Source: the human T2T-CHM13v2.0 reference genome, Homo sapiens. Taken from it: a stretch of DNA of 64,000 bases. Positions 35,724-53,233 of the stretch are shown here, one piece after another. Below the pieces are notes generated by a model, which was given only the letters and a program-made list of their open reading frames with translations, did not search any database and was not told the DNA's origin. The stretch is from NCBI RefSeq assembly GCF_009914755.1, contig NC_060929.1. One strand, given 5' to 3'. The translations under genes and the position numbers were made by a program. Numbering within the stretch: the first letter of the stretch is position 1; every line of letters begins with the position of its first letter.

Positions 35724-36375
35724 CTAAAACCAAGTAAATAAAAATAGCAGGAAATAGAGTTATCTAAGAACAAGATTTAAATGAATATTAATGACTCTAG
35801 GGCAATTTTGGATACTTATTCAGAAGTCAAATATTATAAAATCCTTATATTTTAATTTTTCCAGAAGTGGATACCCAAAACAGTCTTTTTTTCAAGCAGA
35901 TTCAGTTATAATATATTTGTAAAGTCACTGTTCTGCTCTGAACTTTACATCCATTATAGACAAAAATTAGGAGCTTACAGGTTTGTAATTAAATGAATAT
36001 AGATACAGAAATCAAAGTCTGAGAATCACTTCCTCCAAATCAGCATTAAGGAATTTATTTTTACGGTTATGAAAATATAGAACACTATAATATCATGGTT
36101 TATAATGACTAATGATTTTACATACTTCAAATCCAATCAGTTCCCCTATCCTTTCCTCTTCATGAAAAATAAGAACCATATACAATAAAACTATAACATA
36201 AAAGCCTGAACTTTCAGTGTTTGTCTACTAGGTAGGTATTTTTCTGAATAAACCAACATTAATGTTACAAGAATTTCTCACATGACTTAGAGGAAAACTG
36301 TTTGAACTCAGAAGTATGGATACAAACAATAAAACAATTTAAAAATATCTTGCTTTTAAAATAATTTTAACATAC

Positions 36376-36445
36376 CATTTTCCAGCAGCATATACGATAG
36401 TTATGGCTTAAAGAAAGTCTCATCTTCACACAATGTTGAAGAATT
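36376..36445 (-). CDS. C5orf34: C5orf34 exon 8 (70 nt; ILQHCVKMR...CCWKM)
   Basis: TTCACAG acceptor, ATG|GTATGT donor. Confidence 0.92.
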
Positions 36446-37342
36446 CTGTGAACACAAAAAATACTACTTAAACATTTGCAAATGACATTTTCCAATTCTA
36501 GCAACCCATTTTCACTGCCATACAACATTTTAGATGATCAGTAAATCATTTTCACTGAAATGTGTTGGGAACTCTTTTTTTCTCCAGAAATCCTTAAGCC
36601 CCTAGAAGGGAAATACTGTTGCTTCCCTTTGTGCTAATCTTACCTACTTAAGCCTATTCCTTTAATTTTTAGCAATGAAATGATTCCATGGACAGAATTT
36701 TCAGGAACTCCTTTTTTAAGAGGTGATAGATTCACACTGCCTGGAAAGTTTCACATAGGCTAAAAATGGTAGGGATGTGAATCAACTATCCCTAGGAAAT
36801 CAAATTACAGAATATGCTTCTTCAAATCTATTTTGGAAATTGCTTGTACATAAATTTATAAAAAGAAACAACAGTCCACTTGCATTCTTCTGGGTATCAT
36901 AGATTGAGAGAATTTTAAAAACATATGAACCAAAGAACCAATCTATGCTTTATCATTAGTATATTTTCAGAAATCTATTACTCTGAAGATAATAAAGAAG
37001 TATAAAAATTTTAAATGTAACATCAAATCTCCAACTTGATTTCAAGGAACAATAATGATGCCACACTTATGCAAAGAAAGGGCACTTACTTCCTCTCAGC
37101 ACTTGCTCACCATATATGGATATTTCTCCATATTTAAATTACAAAGCCAGAAGTAATCTTAATAAATGACACAAAAATTACCTTATTTTATAAATTATGA
37201 CACCAAAAAAGTTGACAAATTTTACCGAAGGCATATATTTCCATTGTACCTGCCAATTCTTAATCTTATCCTTAATCACAAGAAAATGTGCCAAGATGTT
37301 TAGACACATAACATTTGATTCAATTGAATGGGAAGAACTTAC

Positions 37343-37434
37343 CTTGTTGCCTGTTTAATTAGAGAACCGACAGTGAATGGACTTCCCGGTCTATCTGGAG
37401 GAAGGTTATTTACTGAGTAAGTTTTCTCTTCTCT
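37343..37434 (-). CDS. C5orf34: C5orf34 exon 7 (92 nt; REEKTYSVNNLPPDRPGSPF...)
   Basis: TTTCAG acceptor, AAG|GTAAGT donor. Confidence 0.92.
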
Positions 37435-37608
37435 CTGAAAATTAGTTAAAATGAAAAATTTCATTAATAATAAATTTTGGCCTTTATTACTTAGCTGCTT
37501 TTCCTTGAAATATGTTTTTACAATAGTGACAAGACGAGTAGTTATTTTAACAAAATAAAGCCCACAAAATCATGGTATTTTATGATGCTTTTTCATTTTC
37601 CCATTTTT

Positions 37609-39696
<2,088 letters not shown>

Positions 39697-40109
39697 CAAA
39701 AGTTACATTCTAATAACTTATTGTGCAATTTAAATATTAGCTACATTTACATTAACATGGTAACCAAACTAATTTTCCTACACATTAGCAGGAAATTTAT
39801 CATGAGCCACCCCTTTCCCTTAAGACAAAAAGACATGGATATATAGATTTAAAAAAACTATTTTAATTGAATGAATATACCATTTTGCTACATTAATGGA
39901 AGAAATACTGCTACAGTTTGTGGAAGAAAAAATTATTTACAGGCGGAGGTTACTGAAATTTGAAAAAAATTGTTATTTTAAAATTCTGAGTTTCCTCCTC
40001 CTCAGACTTGCTAGTGTTTCCCAGCACTCTGTCTCCAGCCTTCTCTTCTGACTTCTTGATTTCTTTTTAGATAATACTAAAAGGGTCCAAAGCTGTGTTC
40101 ACATTAAAT

Positions 40110-41060
40110 ATCATAATAGCAACAGCTAACATTTGTGGAGCAGATACTATGCGCTAGGCACTATCCTACTCACTTTACATGGATTATCTCATTTATTCCT
40201 CAAAATAATTCTGAGATAACTATTAATGCTTGTTTTTCAGATGAGAAAACTGAGACTGAGGGCTAAGAAACAGTAGAGATCTGATTTAAACCACCAAGAG
40301 AGTGCAGCTCATACTCTTTACCATTAGGGGAAGAAGAGGGGCTTCAAAGTCAGACAGATGTGGATTCAAATCACAAGTCTGCCTCTTACCAACTATAATG
40401 ATGGGCAGGCTATACAACCTTTTGTAAGCCTCAGTGCCTGCAGCCTGTGAAATGGGGATACTGCCTACCATCCAGACTTATCTGAGGATTAATGATATAA
40501 TATACATATGAAGTTCCTGGGACAGAATTTAGCATATAATAGGTACCAAACAAAAGTCTTTGTCCTTTTATCTTGGTCTACAGACCTGACTATCTAAATC
40601 TCTATTGGGCTTCTCTTTTGGCTATGAAAACAGACACCTCAACATCACCATGTTAAAACTGGAATTAGCGTCATTTCAAAATTTGCACTTTCACTTTCTC
40701 TACGCTGTATTTACCTTTGGTATGTCATTTATCACGTTGTTCCCTCTACCTAGAACTCAGTTCCCTCCTCCAGCACCTCCCTTTGCCTAGCTAACACCTG
40801 TTTTTCCTTCCGTCTCAGGGAAGCCATTGCAGAGGTCTCATAGACTAGGAGAAATCCCCTAGTTATGTCCACAAGCACAGTTCCCTCTAATCCTGCCTCT
40901 TGGTCTTAATTACAACTTCAATTTAATAGTTTTTTACTTAATGTCTGTTTTCCCTGTTAGAATGCAGCTCCATGAAGGAAGGGGCTGTGTCTGTTTTGCT
41001 CATGTCTGTATCATTATCATTTATTAGCACAGTGCTTAGCACATGGGAAGCACTCAAAAT
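40110..41060. mobile_element. MIR and L2 fragments
   Basis: MIR core motifs (ttttcagatgagaaaactgagact; gcctcagt...tgtgaaatgggga) and L2 3'-end motif (gctccatgaagg...agcacagtgcttagcacat). Confidence 0.6.
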
Positions 41061-41129
41061 ACCATATTTTAATTATTTATGTCTTTCTCTACTGGATATT
41101 GAGTTCCCTCTGGGTTCTTATTTCCAAGA

Positions 41130-41348
41130 CCCTATTTCATCAACTCTAAAATGCTCATTTTTCACAATTTAACCTCTCTGAAATCTGGATCCATCTTACA
41201 ATTAAGAGTGTCTTATAATCTATTAGGCAGGTGGGGTTGAGATATAGTTGAATTTTAATAATCTCAAATCCTTAATTGACATCTCATGGTAGGCGCAAAA
41301 GAAAAAAAAGCCATCATCAAAAAAATTTAGATTTGATAAAAATTTTGG
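41130..41348. mobile_element. MER104/Tc2-like DNA transposon remnant
   Basis: ccctatttcatcaactctaaaatgc...tctgaaatc resembles the remembered MER104 terminus; degenerate inverted end ttagatttgataaaa. Confidence 0.45.
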
Positions 41349-42299
41349 TTTCACACAGTACCGGGCACCACCATTCATTGATTAATAATTTGGCATCCCT
41401 TTCAACTCCTTCCTCATCCTCAGCGTCCAGTCAGCAATCAATTCTGTCTCCTTAATATTCCTTCTCATTTTTCCTACCACTGCCTGGCCTTCACTTGAAC
41501 TACTATACATGTCTTCTGACTGGTTCTACAGCTTCAAGTTTTACCTCTTCCCCACCCAGTCCATCTTCCTCTGAAATAATCTAACAAAAATCTGATGTCA
41601 CTTCCCTACTTGAAATCATTCAATGGTTCCCCAAATGCAGTGAGGTTACTCATGCTCCAGTTGTGAGCTGGCCATCTTAGTGATCTGGCTTCTTCTCTGG
41701 ACATTTCCCCCAGCATCCCATCTATGTTTTGGCCTACCAAACTACAACATTTTCACTTCCTTCAACACTCCACACTCGCCCCAGGCTCTTGTGTCCAGTT
41801 AGGTGCCATTTATAAACTGTGCTAAGAAGCAGCAATAATAATGTGTTGAATAAGATAGGGCTTAAATCTAGTGTAGCTGATAAAGAACATACATCATTAA
41901 GAAAATGTCACCCAATATTCAGTGCTTTGAAGAAAAAACATGAGGATGTCATGATAGGGAGTGTCTTGGGTAGCTTCTTTAATTTGAATAGTCAGGAAAA
42001 GCGTCTGTGAGGAGATGACATTTAGATAGAAATCTGAGTGACAAGAAGCCAGCCATGCAAACAATTGAGAAAGTAAATTGTTCCCTTAGCTATATGCTCC
42101 TCCTACCTCCATCTGTCTTTTGTACAACTCCTCCTTTGGAATTATAGATCCTAGCTTAGCCAAGTTTTCCTTCAGGAGTTGTTTCTGGAGCCTCAAACAC
42201 TGGGTCTGGTGCCCTTTCTTATGTGGTCCCAAAGCACCAAGTTCTTATCTCTATGGAAGTACTTACACTGTGAGTACTTGTCAATCTTTCCTATTTCAA

Positions 42300-43775
<1,476 letters not shown>

Positions 43776-45174
43776 TTCTAAACCTTTGCACTAAAACAGA
43801 CAGAGAAAGGTGAAGGTGTTGCACACAAAGGTTGGAGAGTGAAGCCCAAGGCAGTCCACCACAAATGCGTTTTAACCCAAAAGCTCATGCTTCTACTCCA
43901 TGATATATTTGCTTTAGTATAAAAATTATCACCCCCTCCCGCAACAGCTTTGAGTAAAATTGAAGCTCCAGGAAGACACACTCCTTTTATCTTGCAATTT
44001 TGCACACCCTCTGATATACAGCAGTCAGCAATATGACTATGCATACCTACTCTATTTGCTTGCTCACTTGATTGTCTGATGTACTATATAAACACACATA
44101 CACACATATATACGTATACATGTTACTGGGCATGCTTGTATCTCATTTGCTTGTTTGCCTGTCTAACTGACAGGGCAGGAACTCTTCTTCATCTTCATCC
44201 TTGTCAGTGCTTACCAGAATGCCTGCCAAAGAGTTACTGTTCAATTAATATGTATTTACTAAATATTTTCCTAGAAATAGGCCCCAGTTGGGAATCTGTT
44301 CCAATATATACTAAAGTATTTATGAAGAAAACAATATTTGGTTGGGATTTACTTAAAAATAAACAGGGAGTGGAGGGAGAAGCAGGAAGTATAAATGAAC
44401 AAGATGGGTGATGGGTACATAGGGGTCCCTTATATTTGTCTACTTTTGTATATGTTTGAAATTTCCATAGTTAAAAAAATCTCAATTTTTAACTCTATTC
44501 CCTAGGGATTCTGATAATCTGATTAGTATTTAAATACTCCACTCTGTAATGAAGAGAGAAAACATACTTATTTTGTTCTAGCATGCAAAGTAGTGTGATA
44601 CTATAGTGATTGCTGTGAAATGGTAGATGTCAAATATCAGAGGGGCAATAAGCAAATTAAAACTCATTAACAAAATATTGACATTATTAAGACTATGGGC
44701 TGGTAATTATACCATGTTATGTTTCACTGTTTTCAGCAACAGAGAACAATCTTATTCAACTGTCTAGTTGTATATAAAGATTTAGAAGTTAAGAGGTGCT
44801 TAAAATACACAATTACATGGTGGGGAAAAAAGAATGTGCTTTTGCTTTTTAATGTACAAATATTAATTCAAAGTAGTGTATTAACTCAAAGTCCTGGTTT
44901 CAGCATTTTCCATCAATAAAGTCTATGACAAAAGAAAGTTTCTGATTTAAACATGAACTGCTTAGGCAAATGGAGATAGCAGGTGAAAATACAGTAAAAA
45001 TAAGGTGGTTAATAATTACTGTACCAATGCTGGCAGTAAGATTATATTAATACTCCAGACTGGGGAGTAGGAAGCAATGTTATATAATGACCAAATTTCC
45101 CATATATATTTGGAATTATTTAGAAAGAGCTATACAGCAAAACTCTTCTTGAGTTGAGTTCATTGTTGGCTTAC

Positions 45175-45298
45175 CTTTCCTGATCCTTCTTGAATAGAAT
45201 AATAAGTAAAATAGTTCCCAAAATAAGCCCCTTCTGATTTGAAAACAGATCCATCCCCAGAATAAATCTCTATTGAGTTCATATTTTGATGGGTAAGT
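45175..45298 (-). CDS. C5orf34: C5orf34 exon 6 (124 nt; LTHQNMNSIEIYSGDGS...GSGK)
   Basis: TTTCTTAG acceptor, AAG|GTAAGC donor. Confidence 0.92.
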
Positions 45299-46467
45299 CT
45301 AAGAAATAGAAATAACCATTAAAAATTTTTTTCCACTTGAGATTAAAACATGCATGAAGATAGTCATCAAAAAACAGTAACAACAAAATCTAAGCAAAAC
45401 AACACAGTCTTTTTGCCTGTCCAGTGAAGCAGATAATTTCATATTCTGAACCCAACCAGCTAAATTAACTCTTTCACGAAAAGATAAATAGAATTGGCTT
45501 ATGCATTTATTTCAACAACTAAACTAAGAACTTCTGGAATTCAGGCATCTTGTCTTATCATCTTCTTGATATCCCCACTGCTAATCACAAGGCTGGCATA
45601 TAAGGGTCACCAAAGCAATGTCTATTGCATACGTGTTAAATACAACATTTCCAGAACCTGAAAATAGATTAATGAAACTAGCGGAATCAATACTTTATGG
45701 ATAAGATTAGCCGTCTGCACAAGGGGCTATCCCTAAGAAAAGATGGCTGTACCTGGAGCAGCCAGGTACAATCAAGGTACTGGGTATATACCAAATAGAA
45801 ACTTAAGCCAAGTTAATTTTATTAACATACATGTTAGAATATGTTGTTAGAAGGAATAGGTCTTCACATAGGAAAAGGAGAGCCCCCTCGCTCTCCAAAA
45901 ATTTAGCAGTGCTCTTCTAGCATTGTTCATGGAAGTGAAACTCTCAATCTGGCTAACACTAGTATTCTAGTCACTAGAAGGGTGTCCTTTGTTGTGGGGT
46001 ATGGATAATTCAATGGAACAGTGCTGGCACAGAGTGGCCACTCAATGAGTATTTGCTTTGTGAATGAAGGCTAAAATCTCCCTTAGGTGATCTAACTTCT
46101 CTAATTCCATGCTCAAGCAATTCTGTTTTGACTATTTCAAACAACTTGATCCTCCAATGCTTGGAAGGAGTATCCTAAATAACTGATATGAATGTTACAT
46201 TCACTAGCAAACCAATCCCTCATTGGCTTTGGAGGTACCACATAAGTCTTATAAAAATGGTTAATGTGAGTGAGTCACAGGACCCTTGTGTGCACTAATA
46301 ACATTAGTTTTGAGACCTGTAAAACTCAGGATCAAACACAGGAGCACAGTTGGCCCAACAGAACTGTGTCCTCTTCTGAGAGTCTGTCTATAAGGCTCGT
46401 CCCATCTTCTCTGTGACATCAATAAACAGCTCTAACTCCAACATAGAAGCCAACATAGGTGCCTTAC

Positions 46468-46563
46468 CTATATGTAACACCTTTGTACCAAACCATTTTC
46501 ACTAGTTCAGGATAGGAATATTCATCAGATTGTCTCTGTAAAAGTGAATCACAAAAATTCCAC
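46468..46563 (-). CDS. C5orf34: C5orf34 exon 5 (96 nt; WNFCDSLL...GVTYR)
   Basis: CCTTCACAG acceptor, TAG|GTAAGG donor. Confidence 0.92.
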
Positions 46564-46835
46564 CTGTGAAGGATAAAATACAAGCTATTACTTCTGGTTG
46601 CTCAATATAATTGTCTTTAGAAGTCAACAAAATGTTGCTACTGTAACAGGATTAATTTCTTGTTTAACTCACTAGATCAAAGAATAAAAATTAATATGAA
46701 GGTATATTAATGAAATGTAAAAAGCAAGTCTTTTTCCATGTTTTTTTCACTATTTTCAATAATCTCATTATTGAATCTCAGCACAATTACATAAATTAAC
46801 AGTTTTAATAACATTTAAAATTTAGCCTGGATTCG

Positions 46836-47116
<281 letters not shown>

Positions 47117-48550
47117 TTACTAAAATATCTATAGTGGGCCAAGCACTGTGCTATACACACTGTGGATATAACAACCAAAAAAATGTAGACATGGTCTCTG
47201 CCCTCAGCAGGGACATTAAATAATAAACATTGAGTGTAAAGAAGAGGCAAGTACTGCATGCTATGGAATTGTATAGGACTTAACTTGTTTAGGGTCTTCA
47301 GGAAAACCACTCTAAAGAAGTTAGGTTTAAGCTGAAACCTGGAAATGAGCATAATTTAGCCAGCTGAGAGAGAAAGAGAACACTCCTGCAGAGTAAAGAG
47401 TAGGTGCAGTGGTCACAGAGTGCTTGAGCAAGCATTTTAGGGATTGCTAAAGTCCAGCTTAGCAAGAATAGAGAAAGCAAGGGCAAGAGTAGTGAGAGAG
47501 TTGAGGATTACAGATATAGGAAGGGACCAGGTCACAAAAGACCTGGTAAGCTATGTGAAGGATCATGGATTTCAACCTAAACATCATGGTAAGTTATTGA
47601 AAAATCATTACTTTTGAAGCATAATTCCCTTTTGATGTGTACTCGTAATACTTTTCTCATTTTAACCAGATAATCATGACAAGTCTAACAGTCATTCCCA
47701 TATTTTTGTTTTAAATAACAAATGTATACTCAGAGATTGCCTGGGATCAAATCTCAATTTTACAAGTACTAGCTGTGTACCTTTCCTCAAGTTATTTAAC
47801 ATTTCTATGTCGCAAGTTCCTCTACATATAGGGATGATACGTTTTTTAACTTCATGGGAATGCTTTGAGAATCAAACGGGTGAAGTCCAACAGTACCTGG
47901 CACATAAGTGTTTTGTAAGTGTTAGTTTTTATCATTATGATTTGCACTGTTTATGCAAAGTTGATGTTACAAATCTACAATCCTTAGTGGAGTTAAAAGT
48001 TTTATACTTAGCCTTACAGAAGCCACTCCGTGTGTACCCCTTTTGAAAACAGACGTATTTATAGTCAGTGAACCAAAGACACGGGTAGCCTCTGAAGCTA
48101 GGTATGGACAAAAGAACTGTGTCAGATCCACACTCCAGCAAGCAAGGTCACGGGCTCCAGTGAGCGGCAGCAGGTGCTCCCCTGGGCCCACAGAGCCCTG
48201 TGCAGACTCCTGTCCCATCATTTAGCATACTTTAATAATCTTTTTAGGTACAGTGACCTTCACTAGATTCTAAGTTGCTATAAAGCAGGGACTGTGTCTT
48301 AGTCATCTCTGCAGTTACTGGACTTAGCACAGTATCTAGTGTAGAGTCAGCCTTCTACATTCAATGCATGGACACAGAGTAAAAAACATAAGCAACACAT
48401 TTGCTAGGGAAATTATTTACTATCAGTTAAAAGCAAAATTTTGGATGAGATAAACTTTCCTTGTGAATGGTATCAGATAAAAAGAAAATTATCCAGGTTA
48501 AGACTGGTTCTGATAAAAAGCTTCATGACCAATAGCCATTACTGCATTAC

Positions 48551-49197
48551 CTGTGTAGGTGTGGGACTGGACAGCTGAGTGACAGGGCCCTGGGAAGAAC
48601 AGAAACCACTTTTCCTCTTTCCTCTGAAATATCAGAAGTTAAAAATCTACTCTGAGTTATATGTGCATCAATTTTAGACATATTGCTGATTTTATTATGA
48701 AAATGAAGTGCTAAAGACAAAGGATATTTCCATTCCTCTGGACAGGCAGCCACAGACCAGCACTGCTTGACCCATGTGTATACACATGTGTGCTTTGTAC
48801 CAGGCGAAGGCAGCTCTTCCCTCCCTTCAGTTCCATTTACACAACTCATCTTCTTTAAAGTTTCTTTGGATTTCATGATCTGGCAATGAAACTCATTTTC
48901 TTTATTCTTCAGTCTCTGTCCTGGTAAATTTCCACGTATACAGATTTTGCCAGTTTTTTCAACTAGTTTATCTTTTGGGGCTTTATTATTTGTTTCTGAC
49001 AACACTGCAGATGAGTCTGACTTCTGGCTAACTTTACACAAAAAATGTACTGTAAATTCATGCTGAGATCTGGGCAGGCAGAGGTATGCATGACCATCTA
49101 AAGATGTTATCTTCACAATGCCACTCTCCATATATATCATGGTACCATCTGTATCAAGACTGGGCCATCTCACTTCTGTTATGTCAATGAAGATATG
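48551..49197 (-). CDS. C5orf34: C5orf34 exon 4 (647 nt; HIFIDITEVRW...PHLHR)
   Basis: Matches the 218-aa ORF; CTCCTTGCAG acceptor, CAG|GTAATG donor. Confidence 0.95.
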
Positions 49198-50599
49198 CTG
49201 CAAGGAGAGGGGAAAAGAGACGGTGAGTATTTTCTGTTAACAGTCCAATTTTTCCATATATTTGATATTTAAGTATTGTGTAAGAAAGCTCTTAAATATT
49301 TGTGTTTTACTATCTACAGAGAATGAAAAAATGGAGGGCCAGATCTCAGCCTATATATGATTTTCCAGAGAATGTTTGATATTGTTAAGATTATCACCCT
49401 TAAAAAAAAGAGATGTAAAACAGACACAAAATGAGAGAAATGGTCATATTTAGTGTTAAATGTATTTTGGTTTTAAATGTACAATGAATTAAACAGATTT
49501 GTATCCCTCCCCTCACCCTGCAAAAGTTTACTCTGAAAAAAAACTAGAAATAAGGGAAGACCAACACTATGATACATTATATTAAAAGCAATCATAGCTA
49601 AAAATTTTTCTTTAAGTTTTAAATAAAAAAAAAAGCAACCATAGCTTAAATGGTACAGGACTACCATAAAAATTATTGACAGAACAACTCAGAAAATTCA
49701 AAAACAAACTCAATCATATCTTAAAATTTACATGAGATAACATAAGTTTTTCAGAGCAAGAGGGAAAAGAGAAAATTATTTAAACTAGTACTAGAATTAC
49801 TGAACAGCATTTGGGAAATTCTGTCTTGCAGGGTTATCACATGAACCAAATAAGGTAACATGTAAAAAGTACCCATCCTAGGTAGTACCTGGCACACCAT
49901 ACACTAAAATAAATTTCAGGAGGCTTAGAGGAAACTTTAAAAAAGTTTAATTACTCAAAGAAAAATTGATTCTGACTAATAAAAGACTCATAACAAGTAA
50001 CAGTGTTGATTGTGACTTTTCATATAAGATATAAACAGTAGATATTGCGTGAGAGGTTTTTACTGAATTAATTTTGCCAAGCATTTAGCATTTCAATTCC
50101 ATTTATGTAAAATCTTACGTTTACACAAACTATTGTCAAGAAAGCTTCCTAAATTTACCATGCTATCTATATGTACGATGTTAGGACACTAAAATTGAGG
50201 GCTGTATTTACTGACAGCAAAGCTGGTTTGTAAGGATGGTCATCAAACTCCTCTTTTAGAATTAGACTATCTAATAACCCTGCTGCAGCATCAGCAACAA
50301 GCTAGGCAGTTTCAGTGAATAAAGTGACTCAAAAGACACAATGGAAAATTACCATTCTAGGCTAAGTTACAACTTATAATTTTTTATGGCTCCTTTGCCA
50401 CGAGACAATATAAAATTACTCAGCCGGCAGGCAAGCATCTTGACAGCATAGAAAGGTAGCAGAAAGTAGTTGAGAAACAGAGTTTACAGAGTCAGATAGA
50501 CTAGGTTCAAATCCTGACTTTGCCACTGAGAAAACTGCCATAGACAAATTAGGTAAACTCTCTAAGACATAATTTCCTTGCCTATAAAAAGAGGCTGCC

Positions 50600-50910
<311 letters not shown>

Positions 50911-51378
50911 CTAGCCAATATACCTGTTTTGATTGGATGGACATCCATTTTGATCAGTATGGTGTTATTAAATATTTCTAATATTGTTCATAGTTGTTGG
51001 ACATAGTAAACCCTCAGTAAATGACAGTTATTATTCCTAAAAGTCCAAACACAATACTATATAAGCAAAATAATAAAGGTCATACCCATAGTTACATATT
51101 TCTACTATACATTAACAAATACGCTGTTACTGAAAATGGTCACATAATTACTTAATTTTGAGACCTCTGAGAATGAAAAAGTCACCAATCTAAAAATTCT
51201 GATTATAATGCTTGGATACAAAGAAAATGGCAAGGGGGATACACTATGTAACTTTGATGTTTTATAGCAATGTATCCCCAGGTGTCCTGAAAAGGAAAAA
51301 AAGGCTAAATATTAAATTACCTGTTTCTAGTTACTTGTCCTCAAATAATACTAACAAAAATGAAGTTAAAAAAATCAC

Positions 51379-51468
51379 CTTTTTTCTTTCAGAAGGTATG
51401 ATGGTTTCAGATAAAAAAGGGCAAGTAGCTGAAGAGTTTCGAAAATCTAGGGCTCGCTGTAGTTGCTC
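51379..51468 (-). CDS. C5orf34: C5orf34 exon 3 (90 nt; EQLQRALDFRN...SERKK)
   Basis: TTTTCATAG acceptor, AAG|GTGATT donor, phase 0/0. Confidence 0.93.
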
Positions 51469-51613
51469 CTATGAAAAGAAATATAAAATGTAACCTTAAT
51501 GTAAAATGATTTGAAAATCAATTAAAAATGACAGTACAGTATAATCCATAATACTAATTACTTTTCATATTCTAGCCACGTCAACAGTATTTTGGTATTC
51601 AAAGAGTAGTTTT

Positions 51614-51920
51614 GGCCAGGCACGGTGGTTCACTCCTGTAATCCTGGCATAATGGGAGGCCAAGATGGGAGGATTACTTGAGGCCAGGAGTGTGAGAACC
51701 AGTTTGTGCAACATAGCTAGACAATGCTCTACAAAAAATTTAAAAATTAGCCAGATGTGGTAGTGCACACCTGTAGTCCTAGAGTAACTCCCTTGTAAAA
51801 GGAGGCTGAGGCAGGAGAATCACTTGAGCCTAGGTGTTCGAGGCTGCAGTGAGCTATGGTAGTGCCACTGTACTCCAGCCTGGGTGACAGAGCAAGAACC
51901 TGTCTCTAAAAAACAAAAAA
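51614..51920 (+). mobile_element. AluJ-like
   Basis: Alu consensus with a small insertion near 51781-51800. Confidence 0.85.
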
Positions 51921-51946
51921 GTTGTTTACGTGATATCTTTACTTAC

Positions 51947-52141
51947 TCTGTAAGTGCTAATGACAAAATGTGTCCTTTGACGAATTCTTTCTGGTTGTTC
52001 TAAAGGATGTGCTGAAACAGGTGGTGACTTTTCAAATAAAAATTCAGAGCCACAGGGAGAAAGTTGCAATGTGGAACCATCAACATATTGTACTTGTACT
52101 GAATCATCTTCATAAAGTATCATTCGCAGTTCAGCTGCCAT
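51947..52141 (-). CDS. C5orf34: C5orf34 exon 2, coding part (ATG at 52141; exon starts at 52178)
   Basis: MAAELRMILYEDDSVQVQYVDGSTLQLSPCG recognised as the C5orf34 N-terminus; TTTCATTCAG acceptor; AGA|GTAAGT donor. Confidence 0.95.
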
Positions 52142-52553
52142 TACAACGGCAGGATAAGATATCCTTCTAAGTCAAAGACTGAATGAAATAGGAAAAACAA
52201 CAGCATAAATAGTTCTCTTAATGTACAAAACTTTTATCAAAATAAGTGCGTGCATTTTCTAAGAAGATGACATTGCCATTGCATTTACTTTTGTTAAGAA
52301 TACTAACTACACTGGATAAATCTGAAATGAACATCCTTAACAAAATGCCTTAATTAACCCCTAGAAGTTTACTCCAATGGAGGAACATAACCAAGAAGAG
52401 ACAATCACAAGTGATAACTGTCTTTATAATTTTAATAGCTTCACTTCTACTGAAATTTAATTTTTGTAAATTATATGCTTATTATTTAGAAGCTTATAAC
52501 TTCTAGAAGTTTACTCCAATGCAGGAACATAACCAAGAAGAAATCTAATTTCT

Positions 52554-52859
52554 TTTTGTTTTTTTTGTTTTTTTTTGAGATGGAGTCTCGCTCTGTCATC
52601 CAGGCTAGAGTGCAGTGGTGTGATCTCGGCTCACTGTAACCTCTGCCTCTCAGGTTCAAGTGATTCTTCTGCCTTACTTAGCCTCCTGAGTAGCTGGGAT
52701 TACAGGTGTGTGCCACCATGCCTGGCTAATTTTTGTAATTTAGTAGAGACGGGGTTTTACCATATTGGTCAGGCTGGTCTGGAACTCCTGACCTTGAGAT
52801 CTGCCTGCCTCAGCCTCCCAAAGTGCTGGCATTACAGACATGAGCCACTGCGCCCGGCC
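52554..52859 (-). mobile_element. AluS
   Basis: Reverse Alu; TSD AAGAAAT(C/T)TAATTTCT. Confidence 0.9.
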
Positions 52860-53233
52860 TAAAGAAATTTAATTTCTATAAATTATATGCTCATTATCTC
52901 ATTTTAAATTTCAAATAATAAGCAAATTCCACCTTTATGGTAAGAATGCAGCAAATTGTTTGTAATATAAATTCCAAAGACAGGCAGAAAGTAACTATTA
53001 GGCCTATGGGAAAAGGACCCTGAAGAAGAAATCCAAATACCTGGAATCCTGTCTCTACCCTAGCATTAAAGAAACAGCTCTTTATTACTACTGAGCAACT
53101 TAATCTCCTATTATCTTGGATTTGTCCTTATTTCTCTGCATTCAGTTTCTTCTTCTCTACCTCTAAAGTACTATGTCTTCACCTATGCTCTCCATACAGC
53201 AGTGACAGAAGGGGAATTAAAGAGTTGGGTTTC

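Noticed and set aside
45748-45770. Perfect 9-bp hairpin TGTACCTGG-AGCAG-CCAGGTACA
   Set aside because: A stem this short is expected by chance in 64 kb; no snoRNA boxes or extended pre-miRNA stem.
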